Source of the DNA: a virus
Lineage: Duplodnaviria > Heunggongvirae > Uroviricota > Caudoviricetes
Strand: one strand, 5' to 3'
DNA: 29,568 nt
Virus record (IMG/VR): IMGVR_UViG_3300032213_002044
Coordinates: 64,770-94,337 of that record
Below the pieces are notes generated by a model. The model made no database searches. It was not told where the DNA came from and worked only from the letters and a program-made list of their open reading frames with translations. The stretch's first letter is position 1, and every line of letters begins with the position of its first letter. The position numbers and the translations under genes are program-made. This document shows, piece after piece, positions 24,429 to 29,568 of this stretch.

Positions 24429-25175
24429 ATGAAAAAATTGTATCTTTTCGGAGATTCATTCTCGTTATTTACTGAGGATATTAAAGACTATTATCTAAAC
24501 GATATAGAATTTAATACACATCATTCGTTATCAAACGAACATATCCTTAAATTGGTTAAGCTAAAGCTTACTAAAATTTTAGAACAGAACATTGATGTAA
24601 GTGGTAGCACGATACTAGTTCAATTAACCGTTTGTAGTAGAATGTGTGTTAATGAATCAAATATTCCGCATGAAAAAGATTTACTAAGGAAAATTTATTC
24701 ATATGAAACATCCGCCACTCAATATGGAGATGGTGATATTTTCAATAATAGATATTATACTTTATACCCAAATATGGGTACAAAAGATTCGGATTTAATC
24801 AAAATGGTATTCATGCCTTATTTGGGATTTTTTATAAATCGAAATGAGTTAAATATATTAAATGATTTATTGTTAGAAGTAAACCTATTAAAGAATCTAG
24901 CAAATTCAGTTGGTATGGATTTAGAGTACCTTTTCTACTCAAGTGATTTTGATGTATCGTTAAATGGGTTGAGCCCATTCAGAAAGGATAGAGTTCTTCT
25001 TCGTGAAATAAATAGTAATCACATTAAGTTTGGTGAGTTCAATAGTGTAGAATCTTATATAGCAGAAAATCATCCAGAATACTTTGTATCTAAATTAGAT
25101 ATTCACTTTAATAATCGTGGTAATAGATGGTATATTAATTGGTTAAAAGAAAGATATGATATCGGAAATAGATAA
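24429..25175 (+). CDS. SGNH/GDSL hydrolase-like protein (paralog 3); start revised to ATG 24429
   Basis: LYLFGDSFS, QLTVCSR, KLDIHFNNRGN; the track's TTG start at 24423 lies inside the -7 promoter element. Confidence 0.6.
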   Translation: MKKLYLFGDSFSLFTEDIKDYYLNDIEFNTHHSLSNEHILKLVKLKLTKILEQNIDVSGSTILVQLTVCSRMCVNESNIPHEKDLLRKIYSYETSATQYGDGDIFNNRYYTLYPNMGTKDSDLIKMVFMPYLGFFINRNELNILNDLLLEVNLLKNLANSVGMDLEYLFYSSDFDVSLNGLSPFRKDRVLLREINSNHIKFGEFNSVESYIAENHPEYFVSKLDIHFNNRGNRWYINWLKERYDIGNR

Positions 25176-26085
25176 ACAATATGTATTAGGCCAAATGAAT
25201 ATAGTTTTGGGAGAAGGAAGAAACTTAGGTAGTTCCGAAATCCAATATTATTGCCCATTTTGTTCCCATCATAAACCTAAATTACAGGTCAACTTAGAAT
25301 CACAAAAGTGGAGATGTTGGGTGTGTAATGCTAGAGGCAAGAAGGTTCATTCTCTATTAAAGAAGTTGAGTGTAGATTATGATGTTATCCAAAGGGTAAT
25401 GAAAATTTACGATGAATCTGGATATGTAGCAAGAGCAGAAGATGAAGAGTTTGTAGAGATACATTTACCATCGGAATATAAAACTCTTTTGGATAATCAG
25501 CATATTATAGAGTTCAGAGTAGCATATAATTACCTAAAGAAAAGAGGTATAACTGATAAAGATATTCTCAAACATAAAATAGGATATTGTGATGGTGGTA
25601 TGTATAAAGGGAGAATTATTGTACCATCTTACAATTCACTTCATCAACTTAATTTCTTTTTGGCTAGAAGTATTTATCCAGATGAGAAATTAAAATATAA
25701 GAATCCACCTGTATCAAAAAATATAATTGGATTTGAATCAATGATAAATTGGAAAATGCCCGTAACACTTTGTGAAGGAGCATTTGATGCAATAGCAATC
25801 AAACGAAATGCTTCTCCGGTATTGGGTAAAACATTATCGAAAGAATTAACTGATAAAATCCTAACGGAGAAGCCATCAATCAATATTGTATTAGATGATG
25901 ATGCAATGGGAGATGCTATTAGGCACTACGAATACTTAACTGCAAATGGAATCGATTGTAAGTTAGTTAGATTAAGTGGTAAAGACCCTTCGGAAATGGG
26001 ATTCGTAGAAGTAACAAAACAAATAGAACAAAACACAACCTCATCATTTGAGGATTTAATAAGATTAAAACTATCGTTTACATAA
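25156..26085 (+). CDS. DNA primase (Zn finger plus TOPRIM)
   Basis: CPFCSHHKPKL...WRCWVC zinc finger, YLKKRGI, GRIIVP, LKYKNP, LCEGAFDA, VLDDDA. Confidence 0.9.
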   Translation: MISEIDKQYVLGQMNIVLGEGRNLGSSEIQYYCPFCSHHKPKLQVNLESQKWRCWVCNARGKKVHSLLKKLSVDYDVIQRVMKIYDESGYVARAEDEEFVEIHLPSEYKTLLDNQHIIEFRVAYNYLKKRGITDKDILKHKIGYCDGGMYKGRIIVPSYNSLHQLNFFLARSIYPDEKLKYKNPPVSKNIIGFESMINWKMPVTLCEGAFDAIAIKRNASPVLGKTLSKELTDKILTEKPSINIVLDDDAMGDAIRHYEYLTANGIDCKLVRLSGKDPSEMGFVEVTKQIEQNTTSSFEDLIRLKLSFT

Positions 26086-27107
26086 TGAATAACTTAGACA
26101 AAAAATATCAACAACTATTAAGTGATATCATTGAATTTGGTGTAGAGAAAGAAGATAGAACAGGAACTGGTACTATCTCAGAATTTGGTCATCAAATACG
26201 CCACAAAATGAGTGAAGGATTTCCATTGCTTACTACAAAAAAGATGCATTGGAATTCCATTGTAACGGAACTCTTATGGTTTCTAAGAGGTGATACTAAT
26301 ATTAAATTCCTATTAGATTATGATTGCCATATTTGGGATGGTGATGCTTATAAGAACTATGCTTCAAAAACATCTCTTGATGCGGATGGGCAACTTACAA
26401 AAGAAGAGTTTATTAAAAAAATCAAAACCGATGAAACATTTGCTGAAAAATGGGGTGAGTTAGGACCAATCTATGGTAAGCAATGGAGAAATTGGGAAAG
26501 TGTAGATACAAGTCAATATTGGCAAGAAGATTGGAGTAGTAAAGATACTGACCAAATCCAAAACCTAATCAACGAACTTAAAACAAATCCAGATAGTAGA
26601 AGATTAGTGGTATCCGCTTGGAATGTGGGAGAGTTAGATAAAATGGTATTACCTCCTTGTCATTATGGATTTCAACTTTATACTAGAAAAACAACAAGAG
26701 ATGAAAAGATAGTTCATCCTGGAAAATATAGAGCAATCTCCCTAATGTGGAATCAAAGAAGTGTAGATACATTTTTAGGATTACCATTTAACATTGCTTC
26801 TTACGGATTGTTATTGGAGATTATTGCAAAAGAAGTGAATATGATACCGGATGAATTGATTGGAAACTTAGGAGATGTACATTTATATAAAAACCACATT
26901 GAACAGGCAAAAGAACAAATCGGTAGAACATCATTTGATTTACCAACAATCCAAATCACCGAAAGGAATTGGTATCAACATCAATTGGTTAAAGAAAGAT
27001 TGGGTGAAAAAACTTTAGATGAAAAACTTAAAAGTTATAGACCCGATTGTTTTGAATTAATAGGATACGAATCACATCCAAAAATTAAAGCACCATTAAG
27101 TAATTAA
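26085..27107 (+). CDS. thyA: Thymidylate synthase
   Basis: DRTGTGT, PLLTTKK, ELLWFLRG, LGPIYGKQWR, PDSRR, LPPCH (catalytic Cys), QRSVD, GLPFNIASY (dUMP-specifying Asn), DVHLYKNH. Confidence 0.97.
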   Translation: MNNLDKKYQQLLSDIIEFGVEKEDRTGTGTISEFGHQIRHKMSEGFPLLTTKKMHWNSIVTELLWFLRGDTNIKFLLDYDCHIWDGDAYKNYASKTSLDADGQLTKEEFIKKIKTDETFAEKWGELGPIYGKQWRNWESVDTSQYWQEDWSSKDTDQIQNLINELKTNPDSRRLVVSAWNVGELDKMVLPPCHYGFQLYTRKTTRDEKIVHPGKYRAISLMWNQRSVDTFLGLPFNIASYGLLLEIIAKEVNMIPDELIGNLGDVHLYKNHIEQAKEQIGRTSFDLPTIQITERNWYQHQLVKERLGEKTLDEKLKSYRPDCFELIGYESHPKIKAPLSN

Positions 27108-27108
27108 T

Positions 27109-27501
27109 ATGAAATTAGAAGTAGAAATTAAACAACCCCTTAAAATAGAAAAGGCATGGGGGCACGAATTATGGATTCACAATGATGAAGAGTATTGTGG
27201 AAAATTATTAGTATTCAATAATACCGGTGATAAGTTCTCAATGCATTATCACTTAAAGAAAAAGGAGAGTTGGTATGTTCAGCAAGGCAGTTTTATATTC
27301 AGTTGGTTAGATGTAGAAGATGGTAAATTAATATCACAAATAATCAAAGTAGGAGATTCTGTAACAATAGAAAGAGGATTACCACATCAACTGCAAGCTA
27401 TAGATGATTTATCTACTATATACGAGGTTAGTACTCAACACTTTAATGAGGATTCATACAGAATATTCCGCAACACACCAATGGATTTAATTGGTAAATA
27501 A
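27109..27501 (+). CDS. Cupin-domain protein (mannose-6-phosphate isomerase/sugar isomerase-like)
   Basis: KAWGHELWI, SMHYHLKKKESWYV, IERGLPHQL, EVST: the cupin HxH...E...H metal motif. Confidence 0.8.
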   Translation: MKLEVEIKQPLKIEKAWGHELWIHNDEEYCGKLLVFNNTGDKFSMHYHLKKKESWYVQQGSFIFSWLDVEDGKLISQIIKVGDSVTIERGLPHQLQAIDDLSTIYEVSTQHFNEDSYRIFRNTPMDLIGK

Positions 27502-27533
27502 TTTGGTAGTCTCACCTTTTTTTCGTATCTTTG
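27502..27533 (+). promoter_or_regulatory. Bacteroidota housekeeping-sigma promoter (-33 TTTG, -7 TATCTTTG)
   Basis: TTTG 27502-27505, 20-nt spacer, TATCTTTG 27526-27533; shares TTTCGTATnTTTG with the 24394 promoter. Confidence 0.8.
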
Positions 27534-27555
27534 TAACACAACATATAGTATAAAC

Positions 27556-29568
27556 ATGCTTAACCTAAAAGTAGATTACATCTATCACTTAGCGGATTTA
27601 CACATCCGTAACTTAAAACGTCATAAGGAGTATAGAGAGATTCTAACTAAATTTTTAGCGGATGTAGATTCTCAAAAGAAAGAGAATGCCGTTATTTATT
27701 TAGCAGGAGATATTGCACACGCTAAAACGGAAATGAGTCCGGAATTAGTTAGAGAAATCACTTGGTTTTTTAATGAATGTGCAAATCGATTCCCTACATT
27801 TGTAATCACAGGAAACCACGATTGTAACTTAAACAATATGGATAGATTGGATGTATTAACTCCTATCTGTGATAACCTAAATAATCCAAACTTATATTAC
27901 CTAAGAGATACGGGTACAACTCATATCAATAATGAATTAACTTTTACAGTCTATTCAATCTTAGATAAGAAAGCGAATTGGCCGTTAGGAAAAGATGTAG
28001 AAGGTAAAACTAAAATATGTTTCTTTCATGGACCAGTAGATGCGGCTAGAACCGATATTGGTTATGTGGTATCATCTAACAATTTCACACCCGATATGTT
28101 TGATGGGTTTGATATGGTATTGATGGGGGATATTCACAAAAGACAAATCGTTCAACAAAGAGATAAGGCAAATGGTAAACCGATTGTAGTTTATGCGGGT
28201 TCGGTTGTTCAGCAAAATCACGGAGAATACTTAGAGAATCATGGTTACCTATTATGGGATGTGAAAAATGAAACTTTTGAAGAGTTTAACATTCACAATG
28301 ATTATGGTTACTTAACTATTGATGTAACGAATGGAGTTATACCACAATGGGTTCATGATGAGATAGGAACTAAGTTACCTAAACAACCTCGACTAAGAGT
28401 TAGATTTCAGGAAACAGAGGGTGGGGATATTAAGTTAGTATCAACGGAATTACAAAAGATGTTTAATATATCTGAAATTACCGTCACTAGGCAGGATACA
28501 TTGAACTCTCTTAAAACTAAAAACAGAAACGCTAGAAACTTAGCGGGTAATGTTAAGGATGTAAACATTCAGAATGGGTTAATTAAGGAGTATTTAGAAA
28601 GACAATTTCTTTTAGATAATGAGACTGTAAATAAAGTAATTGAAATTAACAATAACGTTAACACAAAGATTACTCATGAAGATACAGATAATATTCTATG
28701 GATTCCTAAGAAGTTTGAATTCAGTAATATGTTCTCATATGGTGAAGGTAATAAAATAGAATTCGATAGAGCAAAGGGAATCATTGGTTTATTTGCACCA
28801 AACACACAAGGTAAATCATCCCTATTCGATTCACTTTCATTTTGTATATTCGATAAGTGTAGTAGAGCATTTAAGGCTACTCATATTATGAATAATCAAA
28901 AAGATACATTCAGTTGTAAATTTAATTTTGAGATTGATGGTATAGATTATTTTATCGAACGAGAGGCTCATACAACTAAAACAGAAAAGGTTAAGGTAAA
29001 TGTTAATTTTTGGAGAGTAGTTGATGGAATAGATGAATCTTTAAACGGAGATGAAAGACGAAACACAAATGATGTAATCAAAAAGTATTTAGGTACTTAT
29101 GAAGATTTTGTAATGACTTCTCTTTCATTGCAAGGTAACAATGCTTTATTCATTGATAAATCACAATCAGAAAGAAAAGATATTCTTGCACAATACATTG
29201 GAGTAAATGTGTTTGATAAATTATTTGATGTAATTAGTGAAGATAATAAAGAAGCTGCTATTCTATTAAAGAATTTTAAGAAGGATGATTTCTCTTTGAG
29301 ATTAGCAGAATTAGATGAGATTGTTAACACTAATGGAAAGGTATTTAATGAGTTAGTTGAAAAGAAGGATGAGTTTGAGCAACATAAAACTGAAATAGAA
29401 AGGAAGTTATCTAATTTAGAATCTCAGATTCAACAAACTACTCTTTCAATTGATTTAGATGTTGAAACAAAACGATTAGAATCTTTTACAAGTTCATTAG
29501 AAACCGATAATGGTAAACTTGTAAAGATGGGAGAACAATTAACACAGGCGGAAGGTATAGTATCGGAG
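27556..29568 (+). CDS. Fused Mre11/SbcD nuclease - Rad50/SbcC ATPase (gp47-gp46-like), 3'-truncated; absent from the ORF track
   Basis: Translated by hand from ATG 27556 with no stop to the window end (671 codons). Nuclease motifs HLADLH, AGD, GNHD, FFHG, GDIH; then FEFSNMFSYG, Walker A GLFAPNTQGKSS (28786-28821), Q-loop SLQG, SERKDIL and coiled coil. Confidence 0.92.
   Translation, partial: MLNLKVDYIYHLADLHIRNLKRHKEYREILTKFLADVDSQKKENAVIYLAGDIAHAKTEMSPELVREITWFFNECANRFPTFVITGNHDCNLNNMDRLDVLTPICDNLNNPNLYYLRDTGTTHINNELTFTVYSILDKKANWPLGKDVEGKTKICFFHGPVDAARTDIGYVVSSNNFTPDMFDGFDMVLMGDIHKRQIVQQRDKANGKPIVVYAGSVVQQNHGEYLENHGYLLWDVKNETFEEFNIHNDYGYLTIDVTNGVIPQWVHDEIGTKLPKQPRLRVRFQETEGGDIKLVSTELQKMFNISEITVTRQDTLNSLKTKNRNARNLAGNVKDVNIQNGLIKEYLERQFLLDNETVNKVIEINNNVNTKITHEDTDNILWIPKKFEFSNMFSYGEGNKIEFDRAKGIIGLFAPNTQGKSSLFDSLSFCIFDKCSRAFKATHIMNNQKDTFSCKFNFEIDGIDYFIEREAHTTKTEKVKVNVNFWRVVDGIDESLNGDERRNTNDVIKKYLGTYEDFVMTSLSLQGNNALFIDKSQSERKDILAQYIGVNVFDKLFDVISEDNKEAAILLKNFKKDDFSLRLAELDEIVNTNGKVFNELVEKKDEFEQHKTEIERKLSNLESQIQQTTLSIDLDVETKRLESFTSSLETDNGKLVKMGEQLTQAEGIVSE

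Noticed and set aside
26085-27107. ThyA as a dCMP hydroxymethylase feeding the carbamoyltransferase
   Set aside because: It keeps the Asn of GLPFN that specifies dUMP and all canonical ThyA motifs; the insert after IWD is a known variable region, and no intron or intein is seen.
962-29330. All minus-strand ORFs in the track (962-1279, 4107-4469, 4507-4755, 9597-9779, 12264-12503, 13278-13733, 13690-13929, 22856-23107, 25674-25883, 29097-29330)
   Set aside because: Each lies antisense to well-supported + strand genes, has no motifs and shows shadow-frame composition.
27556-29568. Giant eukaryotic virus (NCLDV) origin suggested by the Mre11-Rad50 fusion
   Set aside because: Contractile baseplate genes, a sigma factor, bacterial promoters, a Rho-independent terminator and overlapping cistrons indicate a bacteriophage.
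1-29568. Stop-codon reassignment (as in some large Bacteroidota phages)
   Set aside because: Long ORFs up to 1621 aa are intact under code 11 and TGA ends three genes. The single TAG stop (23130) is backed by TAA, which is too little to infer anything.
1-29568. tRNA, CRISPR array, DGR template/variable repeats, integrase or transposase
   Set aside because: No intergenic space large enough, and no cloverleaf, spaced direct repeats, long duplicated segment or RT/recombinase motifs were seen.

Overview
AT-rich (roughly 30% GC by eye, not computed), gene-dense window with all real genes on the + strand, from a large myovirus-like phage genome. The host is probably Bacteroidota, judging from two exact TTTG-N20-TAnnTTTG promoters and the lack of Shine-Dalgarno sites. 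Order: partial peptide-deformylase-fold protein with a degenerate active site; two small ORFs; T4 gp55-like sigma factor; NodU/CmcH carbamoyltransferase; SGNH-like protein; a ~19 kb contractile-tail baseplate/fibre-anchor module (hub/spike, GH108-like muramidase fusion, gp25/W, gp6/J, DNRLRE-like, 1621-aa gpI-like/LamG protein, three gpH-anchor-like genes); GIY-YIG-like protein; two more SGNH-like proteins; primase; ThyA; cupin; and a fused Mre11/SbcD-Rad50/SbcC gene that runs off the right end and is missing from the ORF track. Most interesting: the catalytically dead deformylase with a SecA-tail-like extension, an apparently split and duplicated tail-fibre anchor domain, a candidate late-promoter motif that is the reverse complement of the T4 late promoter, and a possible surface-glycan tailoring set (carbamoyltransferase, 3 SGNH, cupin) beside [ST]GS-rich virion proteins. 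All homology calls come from motif recognition by eye; no searches were run.
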